64,000 bases of DNA, from positions 192,001 to 256,000 of the forward strand of contig JAVHQC010000033.1 in the NCBI GenBank assembly GCA_036170915.1, written 5' to 3'. Below, piece after piece: positions 1-8,785 of the stretch (position 1 is the first letter of the stretch; each line of letters starts with the position of its first letter). The notes beneath the pieces were generated by a model, which was given only the letters and a program-made list of their open reading frames with translations, was not told where the DNA came from and did not search any database. Source of the DNA: Cyanobacteria bacterium auto_48_18 (lineage in GTDB: Bacteria > Cyanobacteriota > Vampirovibrionia > Obscuribacterales > Obscuribacteraceae). The translations under genes were made by a program, and so were the position numbers.

Positions 1-1
1 C

Positions 2-514
2 GTTTTTTGCATAGACGAGTTGTGGAGACTGCTGCGTTATGAAGGCGGCAAGACTCTGGTTGAAGACGCCTCGCGTACCAGCCGACACTTAGGTCTACTG
101 TTCATAGGCATCTCGCAAGAGCTTGGTGACTTATTGCGCGATGATCGCGCGCGCAACCTTGCCACCAACAGTGCCATCAAGATCATTCTTGGTAATGACC
201 CTTCAAACTTTGAATTGATTCGCGAAGCCTGCGGTCTCACTCCTCAAGAAATGGGCGCCATTGCCCACCTCACACGTAAAAACAGAGAGTATTCAGACGC
301 CTTTCTCATCTATCACAAACTCTCTCGCGGAGTAGTGAAGCTGGTGGTGCCGCGCTTCATGTATTGGGTAGCCACAACAGAACCAAACACAGACCAACCC
401 ATGCGTTCAAAAATGATTGAACTTTGCGCCGGCGACGCGCGTTGGGCCTGCCATCTACTTGGTCAGGGTTACACACCAGAGACCTTTACACCTGATTTGC
501 TCACGGCGGGTTGA
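2..514 (+). CDS. VirB4/TraC-like type IV secretion ATPase, C-terminal part (5'-truncated by window edge)
   Basis: The frame is open from position 2 and reads VFCIDELWRLL (Walker B), then R-H-LG...ISQ...D and N-S-A-I-K-I-I-L, typical of the VirB4/TraC C-terminus. It neighbours a VirD4-like gene. Confidence 0.75.
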   Translation, partial: VFCIDELWRLLRYEGGKTLVEDASRTSRHLGLLFIGISQELGDLLRDDRARNLATNSAIKIILGNDPSNFELIREACGLTPQEMGAIAHLTRKNREYSDAFLIYHKLSRGVVKLVVPRFMYWVATTEPNTDQPMRSKMIELCAGDARWACHLLGQGYTPETFTPDLLTAG

Positions 515-515
515 T

Positions 516-1157
516 ATGTATATGTTTGATTATCAAGCCGGTGAGAAATACAAAATGACTTTGATTACTGTCGGGCTAGCCGGGGTTATGGCTGGCGCGG
601 CGTTGACGCTTTTTCTTTCACCTCAAAGTTCTGGGCCACCTTCGAAGACGAGGCCGAGGACACGGGTTGAGTCAGATCCTGATGTCACTGGTCAGGCGCG
701 CCCAGTGGGAGGGCGTTATTTGAATCAGGGGCAGACGCCGGCTACTCCACCACCTAATGCCGCAGATATGGTGCAGCCAAATGCTGCTACCGAAATTGTC
801 AAAGGCTTTTTGCCTCTGGCCTGGGATTTTTCATCAGCTTCCGCCCAAAATTCGCAAACATCAGCCATGAACCTGATGACGCCTGAGTGCGCGCAAAATT
901 ATCAAACCAGTGTGTGGACTCCTGAAGTGGCCCAGGGCATTCTCGGATCTGGCATCAAAAGTAATTTCAATCAAACCATGGTGGCGGCAGGGCAGAATTT
1001 GCAAGATGGCTCTATCGAAGTGACAGTGCGCGGAACGCTGGATATGACTTTGCCTGACCAGCCGCCCACCAGTAAACCGTGTAACTATATCTATTTAGTG
1101 AAGAAGGTTAATGGGCAGCTAAAAATAGCTGGTATCAGCGAAGGTCCAGCGTCATGA
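516..1157 (+). CDS. Single-pass membrane protein, VirB8/TcpC-like T4SS component
   Basis: ATG at 516, 1 nt after the upstream stop. N-terminal TM helix (LITVGLAGVMAGAALTLFL), Pro-rich linker and an NTF2-like C-terminal pattern (EVTVRGTL...YLVKKVNGQLKIAGI). Lies between VirB4-like and VirD4-like genes. Confidence 0.5.
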   Translation: MYMFDYQAGEKYKMTLITVGLAGVMAGAALTLFLSPQSSGPPSKTRPRTRVESDPDVTGQARPVGGRYLNQGQTPATPPPNAADMVQPNAATEIVKGFLPLAWDFSSASAQNSQTSAMNLMTPECAQNYQTSVWTPEVAQGILGSGIKSNFNQTMVAAGQNLQDGSIEVTVRGTLDMTLPDQPPTSKPCNYIYLVKKVNGQLKIAGISEGPAS

Positions 1158-1343
1158 TCGAGGCCACGAGAAAACATCAGTTGTGGCATGATAATAGAAA
1201 GGCTTGGTAGAAATACGAAACTTTTGGTAGATAATCGCTTCTCTTTTCGTATTCACCGCAGAACTGGTGCGGGTTTTGTTGTGCAACTACTTGTATAAAA
1301 GGTATAAGTAAGTAACGATCAATTTGTGTCTGAGGAGACCTCG

Positions 1344-4300
1344 ATGAAGTGGGTTGCGCAAATAAATGAAAGGGGTCTGATTTCGTCCTATCGCGATATG
1401 GATAGCAACGAGCAGATTTCTGCCAGAGAGTACGAACGCCGCATGCAAATGCAGGGTTCGGTGGGCGCGCCCTATGAAGGTGGCGGCAGCTTGCAGGCTT
1501 CGCCTTATCCACAGACTTATTCGCAAGCTCCTGTTCAATATAATGGCGCGCAGCAATATCAAAGCCCTGTTCAGCCAGCGCAAATGCCTTTGCAGCAGCC
1601 CATTCAGACTGGCGGACAGCCGTCGTCATACTCACAGATGGGCTATCCTCCCCAATCTTATCCAACAGCTATACCGCAGCCCGTGCAACAACCACCCAGT
1701 CCGCTGATTCAGCAGGGTGCTAGTCTCGTTGGGGCCGATGGCGGCCCGCCGCCTATTCCACGGCCAACAACCGGTCTTGTACCAACCATGGGCCAGGCAG
1801 TGCAGGGCAAAAATCTTCGTCTTGAAGGCCGACCTGAACACAGCCAACAAGTGCAAAACTTTGCCCCGCGCAAAGGCAAAGGCTTCCTTGATGCAACATC
1901 AATAGCCATTTTGATGCCTACTCTGGTGCTGCTGGCTCTAATCATTGCTGCTGCGCACAAGAAAAGATTATTCCCCTGGCAAACAATCAGAACTTTCAAC
2001 CCACCATCTGGTTTGATGACCCCGCGCGATTATGAGCGCTCTTATGTATGCCCACCCAACGGACGCAGGCATGGTCGCATGGGCGGCAAAAATCCTAATG
2101 CCACCTGGACAGAATCTGACGGCGTAGTCATTCCGTTCGGATTCCTAGCGCGCACCCACCTGCCGGTGACCATTCCCATGGGTCGCCTGCCAAACAAAAA
2201 CATGTTCATTGTTGCTCCGTCAGGTTCAGGTAAAACAACCTTGATGCGGGCCGTAATCAAAGCTTTGCTGGCCAAGCCATGCGTCATTATTGCTTTAGAA
2301 GCTAAAGCGAACGATCCTAATTTAGATGAACGCCGCGAAGGTTTCAAATACACAGTCTTGCCTGAAGCTGAACACGCCGGTTTCCGCACGCTCTACTTCA
2401 ACCCATTAGATGCTGATTCAATTTGTTGGAACCCGCTCGATCAAGACGCAGTCACGTTTGCCACATCAATTGTGCAAGACATCAACTCGTTAGAAGCTGA
2501 AGAACAGCACTGGGCAGAGCGAGATCTAGGTTACATCGAAGGCTTGACTCAACTGCTCAAATGGGGTGGTGTGCAGGTCATGGGCGAAGATGAGAACGGC
2601 CAACCATCTCAGCTTGATCCACTGCCATGTAATCCATATGGTTTGATGAAACTGGTAAACAATCGCCGCAACATTGTTGAATCGTTGCGTAAATTGAAAG
2701 CAGATCCAAATATCAACGCCGGCGAACTGGGTGAATTGACTCAACGTCTTTCATCGATTATTCGTACCGACAGTGATTGGGATAAAAACATTCAGGGTGT
2801 ACGCGGCCGTCTGCGTATGTTCAAAAACCGCGCCATTCTCAAAGCCACAGAAAAATCAAATGTGGATTTGAAGACCAGTATGCACCAGCCCACAGTGCTG
2901 ATTTTCGGTGCTCCAGCATCACTTGGTCCTGACGCAGAGTCGCTGGCTGCATGCTTCGTGCACCAGATGCAACAAGCTTTGCACACCAGATATGGTACAA
3001 AATCGGTCTTGCCTCTCTTTGCCTTCTTTGATGAATATCAAACTTTGAACATAGATTTGGCCGGCAGATTGTCTGCTATCGTCCGTGGTGCCAACGGCGG
3101 TCTGACAATCATTCTGCAGAACATTTCGCAGATCACCAGTGGTGGTGCCTCCGTAGCACCAGAATTGAAAACTATTTTCTCCAACAGCGCGGTACGTGTC
3201 TGCTTGCACAACGCAGACGAAACCACAGCCAAATTCTTCTCAGAAGAAATCGGCAAACACGCGGTGGTTGTCCCTGGTATTGCCGACCACTTCCAGGCCA
3301 ACGGATTTGGTATTTTCCCCACCAGTTGGAACAGAATTCACAGCCAACAGGTAGTGGCCAGAGTCGACACCGATTCTATTAAGCGTATGGAAAAACACCA
3401 CGCTCTGGTTTATCTCTCACCAGCCGGCGATCCCGAATTTGGCGAAACAAAGCCATTCATGGTTGACCTGCGCGGAATTGAAGAAATCGCCAAACTGCAC
3501 TTGCTGCACAACGTCAGTGCCAGAAGACACGCCGGAGACGGAGATGACTCAAGCAGCGGCACAGGTGGTGGCGGCGCTGGTGGTAGCGGTAATGGCGCGC
3601 CTGCAGCACCTAGTTTTGCCACGCCAGCAGGAAGTTTGCCTTTCCCCAGTCGCGAAGACATCGGCAATGTTGCCGCTCGTGGTGCCGAACTGGCTGATGC
3701 TGCACCTGGACCCATAACCGCACCAGGTTTTGTCAGCCCGGTTATTCAGACCGGTTCTAATGCGTTGCTGGGGTCTCAAACCGGATCCAATCCGGTCATG
3801 CAAGCTCCTATTAATGGTATGGGTCATGGTAATGGCAATGGCTCAGCGGCTGCACCGGCTAACAATGGCGCTTCGCGAATTTGCCCAAATTGCACAAAAT
3901 TGGCCGGCAAAGGTAAATTCTGCATTGAGTGCGGACAATTTATCGGACTGCCGCAAGCTGTCGAGGCTACTGTTACTGCTTCTACTTCTGCTGAGGTGAT
4001 AGGCAGCAACGGTGGCGGTGGAAACATCCTCAATGGTGGCGGTAGTCTTCCCAACCCTATGCCTGCAACCAACGGCATTATTCCAAGCTACGCAGAGGCT
4101 AATCCGAGCAATTCGAGCAATGGTCCAGCGGTAGACTCTATGGGTAACGTTATCGATGGTTCTGACGGGCAACTGTCCGCAATTCCCGGCCAGCAAGCCA
4201 CACCGCGCTATGGTGGTCTGCGTCCACAAACACGCGAGGCTATGCCATCTAAACGTGGTCTGTTCGAGAACGGCGGCGGCAACCCCGAGCCTAATCTCAA

Positions 4301-4388
4301 CCAAACCAGACGGCCCATGACCAGCCTCAACCCTGATGTTTCCCATTTGGGCCTCGACCCAACAAAGAAGCCTGGCGTAGAGTTCTAA
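1344..4388 (+). CDS. VirD4/TraG-like type IV coupling protein with long low-complexity termini and a C-terminal zinc ribbon
   Basis: GAGGAG RBS at 1332-1337 before ATG 1344. TM helix, Walker A APSGSGKTT, WNPL motif, Walker B FFDEYQ, ILQNISQI, ETTAKFFSEEIG, and CPNC..CIECG. Confidence 0.8.
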   Translation: MKWVAQINERGLISSYRDMDSNEQISAREYERRMQMQGSVGAPYEGGGSLQASPYPQTYSQAPVQYNGAQQYQSPVQPAQMPLQQPIQTGGQPSSYSQMGYPPQSYPTAIPQPVQQPPSPLIQQGASLVGADGGPPPIPRPTTGLVPTMGQAVQGKNLRLEGRPEHSQQVQNFAPRKGKGFLDATSIAILMPTLVLLALIIAAAHKKRLFPWQTIRTFNPPSGLMTPRDYERSYVCPPNGRRHGRMGGKNPNATWTESDGVVIPFGFLARTHLPVTIPMGRLPNKNMFIVAPSGSGKTTLMRAVIKALLAKPCVIIALEAKANDPNLDERREGFKYTVLPEAEHAGFRTLYFNPLDADSICWNPLDQDAVTFATSIVQDINSLEAEEQHWAERDLGYIEGLTQLLKWGGVQVMGEDENGQPSQLDPLPCNPYGLMKLVNNRRNIVESLRKLKADPNINAGELGELTQRLSSIIRTDSDWDKNIQGVRGRLRMFKNRAILKATEKSNVDLKTSMHQPTVLIFGAPASLGPDAESLAACFVHQMQQALHTRYGTKSVLPLFAFFDEYQTLNIDLAGRLSAIVRGANGGLTIILQNISQITSGGASVAPELKTIFSNSAVRVCLHNADETTAKFFSEEIGKHAVVVPGIADHFQANGFGIFPTSWNRIHSQQVVARVDTDSIKRMEKHHALVYLSPAGDPEFGETKPFMVDLRGIEEIAKLHLLHNVSARRHAGDGDDSSSGTGGGGAGGSGNGAPAAPSFATPAGSLPFPSREDIGNVAARGAELADAAPGPITAPGFVSPVIQTGSNALLGSQTGSNPVMQAPINGMGHGNGNGSAAAPANNGASRICPNCTKLAGKGKFCIECGQFIGLPQAVEATVTASTSAEVIGSNGGGGNILNGGGSLPNPMPATNGIIPSYAEANPSNSSNGPAVDSMGNVIDGSDGQLSAIPGQQATPRYGGLRPQTREAMPSKRGLFENGGGNPEPNLNQTRRPMTSLNPDVSHLGLDPTKKPGVEF

Positions 4389-4468
4389 TTTGATCACTTA
4401 AGTGTGCATATATTCCGCCCAGCGGGTAAATCACCTTAGGGACACCACTTTAGGAACCACGTCACCTT

Positions 4469-5614
4469 TTGGTTATGCAGCAGACTTTACTTCCCAGCGA
4501 CAAAGACTATTGGAAGCACATCGTTGCTTCGAACAATCAGTTTGGTATAGACGTCCTTAAAACTCTCGCCATGGCCAGACCGACATCAAATGTAGTGTTG
4601 TCGCCCACCAGTATTTTTCTTACCGCTTGCATGCTCTATAACGGGGCAGGTGGAAACACCTATTCGCAAATGGCCGCTGCCCTCAATTTACCGAAGCCCA
4701 ATGAAATCAATCCATGGAACAGGCAACTTTTAAATTACCTGGTGATGGATAAACCGGACCACGAAGTCTCAATTGCCTCAGCTCTCTGGTTTGGTAAAGG
4801 GGTGCGCTGCCACGAAGGCTTTGTCAATAACGCCGTAGAAGCCTATTCAGCCTCTTTATATGGAGTAGATTTTGGCTCCCCTGAGGCGATTGAGCAAATC
4901 AACTATTGGGCAGAGAATGCCACCAAGGGTAGAATCACTCATATTCTGGATGAAAATAGTTGCAACGAAGCTACCCTTCTGGTCATCAGCAACGCAATTT
5001 ATTTCTTTGCTAAATGGGAACAGAAATTTGATGCTGAGAAGACCATAGACAGCCCTTTTTATATGGTTGGTGGCGGTGCAAAATCTGTAAAAATGATGTC
5101 TAAAGTAGATAGTTTGGCTTATCGGGAAGATGAAAATGCCCAGATAGTAAAGCTGCCTTACAAACAATCACCATACTTTATGCAATTGGTATTGCCCAAG
5201 CCTGGTCGCAGTTTTGGCCACTGCATCGAATATATCAAAAATCCAAACATGGTTATGAATGCTGTTCCGAAAACTTCGGTGGCTTTGCGAATGCCCCGGA
5301 TGGAAATTGAATTTAGTGACAATCTCAATCAAGCAATGTCGCAGCTTGGTATGAGTGAACTTTTCGCTAATAACTGCGATTTGTCTTTGATCACTCCAGG
5401 TGTAAAAGTTAGCTTCATTAATCATGCAGCAAAATTAACTGTGGACGAAAGCGGTACTGAAGCCGCCGCGGTAACGGCGGTCGGGGTAGGGTACGGTTTG
5501 GCACCGAGCGTCGAGAAACCTGTCTCAATGACTCTGGACAGACCATTTTTGATGGCCATCGCTGATAGTGGCACAGGGCAAGTGCTCTTTTCTGGTGCCA
5601 TACTTTCGCCGTGA
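4469..5614 (+). CDS. Serpin (serine protease inhibitor)
   Basis: NVVLSPTSI, INYWAENATKGRI, NAIYFFAKWEQKF, hinge DESGTEAAAVT and DRPFLMAI are all serpin signatures. Confidence 0.93.
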   Translation: MVMQQTLLPSDKDYWKHIVASNNQFGIDVLKTLAMARPTSNVVLSPTSIFLTACMLYNGAGGNTYSQMAAALNLPKPNEINPWNRQLLNYLVMDKPDHEVSIASALWFGKGVRCHEGFVNNAVEAYSASLYGVDFGSPEAIEQINYWAENATKGRITHILDENSCNEATLLVISNAIYFFAKWEQKFDAEKTIDSPFYMVGGGAKSVKMMSKVDSLAYREDENAQIVKLPYKQSPYFMQLVLPKPGRSFGHCIEYIKNPNMVMNAVPKTSVALRMPRMEIEFSDNLNQAMSQLGMSELFANNCDLSLITPGVKVSFINHAAKLTVDESGTEAAAVTAVGVGYGLAPSVEKPVSMTLDRPFLMAIADSGTGQVLFSGAILSP

Positions 5615-5659
5615 GCGTCGGGCTTTGGTCGGCTGGTTACTAAAAGAGCTTACGAAAAC

Positions 5660-5688
5660 GCAGAGAAATTTTGCGCAAATTTCTCTGC
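5660..5688. terminator. Hairpin between convergent genes (likely bidirectional terminator)
   Basis: GCAGAGAAATTT-TGCGC-AAATTTCTCTGC, a perfect 12-bp inverted repeat between the serpin (+) and the methyltransferase (-). Confidence 0.6.
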
Positions 5689-5743
5689 AATCTGGCACAA
5701 CCTATTAATGACCCCGACAACAAGAGCCGAAAAGCAGCGAAAA

Positions 5744-6469
5744 TCAGGGTTTTTGCGCCGTAAAATTGATCTGTGTCGAGCACCAGTGCACCGAGCGACC
5801 TTCTTTTTCTAAAGTCTCTTCGTAAGGGTCGATAGTTTTAGCAATCACATTCCAGCCGGCAAAAGCAAGCGCCAGCATTTCTTCTACTTCTTCGCGCAGC
5901 AGCGGAGTTTCTACAAAAGTAGCAATGGCCTCGCCTGAAACAACATCAACAACGTTGCGATTGGTAGTCATTTCAATGCGCACAAAGCCACCGCTTTTGC
6001 AGCCTGCTGCTATTTCGCGCATTAGAGTGAGCACGCGGTCTTTGCCCTGGCAATGCTCCAGGGTCGAGATTGCGGCAATCAAATCGTAATGCGATTTAGC
6101 CATAGCGAAATCATCATTGTCGGCGAGTACTGGCTCAATAATATCTTGAACTTTATAAGTGACAGCATACTCACTCAACAGATCTATTGATTCTGCTAAA
6201 ACATCTACGCAAGTGATTGTGGCTTCTTTATTTTGTTTCTGCAAAGCTTGTGCCATAGGAATGGCATTGCGACCTACTCCGCAGCCCAAATCAAGAATTT
6301 TGATATTGCCTTCTAAATAGTTGAGCAGCTGCATCAAAGGTTCGTCAGGATGCGCTAACCAGGAGCCGTCTTCGAATAGTTTGAAACGACTATAGTAGGC
6401 TTTATGGTATTTGAGTGTTTCTTCTCGTGCGCGTTCAAAGTCAACAGATTCCACTGATTCAATAGACAT
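5744..6469 (-). CDS. Class I SAM-dependent methyltransferase (TehB-like)
   Basis: Motif I ILDLGCGVGRN, acidic VD after beta2, YDLIAAISTLEH. Start moved to ATG 6469 (GGGAG RBS, 4 nt after the upstream stop). Confidence 0.85.
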   Translation of the reverse strand: MSIESVESVDFERAREETLKYHKAYYSRFKLFEDGSWLAHPDEPLMQLLNYLEGNIKILDLGCGVGRNAIPMAQALQKQNKEATITCVDVLAESIDLLSEYAVTYKVQDIIEPVLADNDDFAMAKSHYDLIAAISTLEHCQGKDRVLTLMREIAAGCKSGGFVRIEMTTNRNVVDVVSGEAIATFVETPLLREEVEEMLALAFAGWNVIAKTIDPYEETLEKEGRSVHWCSTQINFTAQKP

Positions 6470-6473
6470 GCAA

Positions 6474-7262
6474 TCAGCTCCCAGCAGATTTATTATTGAC
6501 TGCGCTGTAAAGCGCACCGCGAGTGCGTAGCTGAATGTTATTGCCTTTGCGGAAATGTTGAATTACGTGGCGCAGACGAGCCCTATCTTTTTCATTCAGT
6601 TCCGTCTCGTACCAGTTGCTGAATGCAAAAGTGAATGCTTCAGCGGTGACGGCGCAGTCAGGAAAAATAAAGGAGTAATCACTTTCTTCGTATGGAATTT
6701 CTTCTTTCAAATATTGTTCGAATACACGTTCAAGTGGTGCTTCGTAAATTTCGGCAGCATCGAGATCGCGTTCGCGTGAAGGCACAAAGCGCCTTGCGAT
6801 ACGGTCATAATCACAATCTCCGTAGAGGCCAAAAATAAACAGATGACCATCAGCTTTGAGTACACGCTTCACTTCGGCCAGCGCCTGGTCGCGTTCTTTA
6901 ACCAGATGGAACATCCACGGCATGATCACAACGTCGAAGCAATCGTCATCAAAAGCTAATTGCTCAGCTCCCATTTCTAAGAAGGTGAGGTTCGAGATGG
7001 TATTGCGCGCTGCGTAGTCGGCTGCAAACTGCACCAGGCGACCGTCAGGGTCAACGCCTGTGACTCGTTTGGCTAGTGGTGCCAGTTGATAACAAAGCCT
7101 GCCGTTACCACAACCAAGTTCAAGTACATTCTTTCCAGCAATGCTTGCTTGCCGCTCCATTGCCGCAATTTCTGCGCCGGAAATTGCAAAGAAATTGCTC
7201 CACAATCTCATCGATTGCAGATAATCCGAGCTTTTCCGGCGCGAAATAGAGGGTGACGTCAT
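6474..7262 (-). CDS. Class I SAM-dependent methyltransferase
   Basis: VLELGCGNGR, GVD, AEQLAFDDDCFDVV, ALAEVKRVLKADG. Confidence 0.9.
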   Translation of the reverse strand: MTSPSISRRKSSDYLQSMRLWSNFFAISGAEIAAMERQASIAGKNVLELGCGNGRLCYQLAPLAKRVTGVDPDGRLVQFAADYAARNTISNLTFLEMGAEQLAFDDDCFDVVIMPWMFHLVKERDQALAEVKRVLKADGHLFIFGLYGDCDYDRIARRFVPSRERDLDAAEIYEAPLERVFEQYLKEEIPYEESDYSFIFPDCAVTAEAFTFAFSNWYETELNEKDRARLRHVIQHFRKGNNIQLRTRGALYSAVNNKSAGS

Positions 7263-7271
7263 CAGTTTGAC

Positions 7272-8285
7272 CTAGACCAGTGCAGGGCTTTTAGTTGCTT
7301 GTTCTTTATTGCTGAGTCCTTTTTCGCTAAGACCTTTTTCTTTGAGCGCTTTTTCATAAGTAAAAGTCTCGTCCATGTCTTTGACCAGGTCGGTTTTATA
7401 GTAGTCGTTGTACCAGCGCTCACAGTCCCAGGCAAAGGCTTTTCTTAGACGCTCGAGATAAGTAGTCCAGTCACGTTCGTTGGCTTTGGTTGTCCAGGTG
7501 GCAAGAATGTTGTCGAAAGTAGCTTCTTGTTCTTTTTGGAAATCAAGAATAGCATCGTCTTCACCTTGTTCAAAGCGCTTGAGATTGCGTGAGAACGGTA
7601 TCGAACCGAGATACTTGTCGGCTCCAACTCTTTCTTTGATGTAATTGGCGTCTTCTTCACCATCTACTTTGTTGCCGACCACAAATGTACGGCTGGCAAA
7701 TTGAGGAGCAATTTCTTCAAAATCAAGAAATACCTGAGTAGATTTTTCGGTGGGCTCAAGCACAAAGACATTGATGTCGTAGGCGAAAGAAAGTGATGTA
7801 GCGACATTATCTGTACCAGCAGTGGTGTCGGCCACGACCATGTCTTCACTGGTGTCGAGCATGTGGTGGAAAATACCGGCTAAGCTTTTCAGCTTCTCGT
7901 GATAGCAAGAGCCGCCCACATCTTCTTGTTGATAGGTGCCTACAGTGAGCAAAGCAATGTTGCCTTCTTTTAAAGCGTATTTTTCAATGAAGGCGTCGTT
8001 CGCTTTAGCCGTGATGAAATTGGAACCGACAGCTGGAGGGGTGGTGCCAATCATCGGTCTTGTGCCGATGTCTTTTCTCTCGCCCTGCAAATATTCAGTC
8101 ACTTCGTCGAAATGAAGACCTAGTTGTTTTGTCTCGCCTTTGAGATTCAACGCACTTTTTAAGTGAGCATTAAGATCTGCGTCTACGGCCACAACAAAGG
8201 GAAAGCGCTTGGCTAAATATTGTATGAAACCGGATGACGTTGTTGTTTTACCGGCTCCGCCTTTTCCAAGAAATGCAATCCTCAT
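7272..8285 (-). CDS. CooC/MinD-like P-loop ATPase (paralog 2)
   Basis: MRIAFLGKGGAGKTT (deviant Walker A), VDAD, GGSCYH, DTTAG, VGNKV. Confidence 0.8.
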   Translation of the reverse strand: MRIAFLGKGGAGKTTTSSGFIQYLAKRFPFVVAVDADLNAHLKSALNLKGETKQLGLHFDEVTEYLQGERKDIGTRPMIGTTPPAVGSNFITAKANDAFIEKYALKEGNIALLTVGTYQQEDVGGSCYHEKLKSLAGIFHHMLDTSEDMVVADTTAGTDNVATSLSFAYDINVFVLEPTEKSTQVFLDFEEIAPQFASRTFVVGNKVDGEEDANYIKERVGADKYLGSIPFSRNLKRFEQGEDDAILDFQKEQEATFDNILATWTTKANERDWTTYLERLRKAFAWDCERWYNDYYKTDLVKDMDETFTYEKALKEKGLSEKGLSNKEQATKSPALV

Positions 8286-8785
8286 TTTAATTCTCCTTTT
8301 CTCTCAAGTTTTATAGTTTTGGTTGGTGCTGTATCTCTACTTGCAACAACAGTGCTGGCAGCAACAGTGCATAACCGGCAAGTGCCGAATAATTCGAGCA
8401 AGTGTTCAGATACCGAAAATCCGTGTTCACGTAAAATGATTTCTTCGATGCTTGAAAGCAAGCAGTCTTTCATCTTGATATTGCTGTGGCAAACTTTGCA
8501 AATCAGGTGGTGGCTGTGCTCACCTGCTTCAATAGCTTCATAGCGTTTTTCGGCGTCGCCCACGCTGACTGCTTGAACCAGACCAAGCCTGGTTAAAAGT
8601 TCAAGTGAGCGGTAGACCGTGGTCAAGCCTGGTGCCGCAGTTTCGCTGGCCAACTTAGTTAGTTTCATGCGGAAGCAAAGATCGCGAGCGCTGAGCATCT
8701 CGGGTGCTTGTTTGAGAGCAGACAGCACTGCTTTTGCTCCTTTTGGGAGATTCTTGCGTGTGCCCACTAGTTTACTTTCCAGCAT
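8282..8785 (-). CDS. Fur/Zur family transcriptional regulator
   Basis: GLTTVYRSLELL, HSHHLICKVC and GTCRLC (two CxxC motifs, Zur/PerR-like). ATGA overlap with the downstream ATPase. Confidence 0.9.
   Translation of the reverse strand: MLESKLVGTRKNLPKGAKAVLSALKQAPEMLSARDLCFRMKLTKLASETAAPGLTTVYRSLELLTRLGLVQAVSVGDAEKRYEAIEAGEHSHHLICKVCHSNIKMKDCLLSSIEEIILREHGFSVSEHLLELFGTCRLCTVAASTVVASRDTAPTKTIKLERKGELK

Noticed and set aside
1255..1281. Terminator between the VirB8-like and VirD4-like genes (CCGCA-N7-TGCGG then GTTTTGTT)
   Set aside because: The stem is only 5 bp, too weak to call.
1177..1665. Antisense or alternative-frame ORFs (for example 1177-1665, 3843-4397, 9642-10211, 27651-28226, 28228-28773, 39219-39743)
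   Set aside because: They are shadows of well-supported genes on the other strand, with no motifs or RBS.
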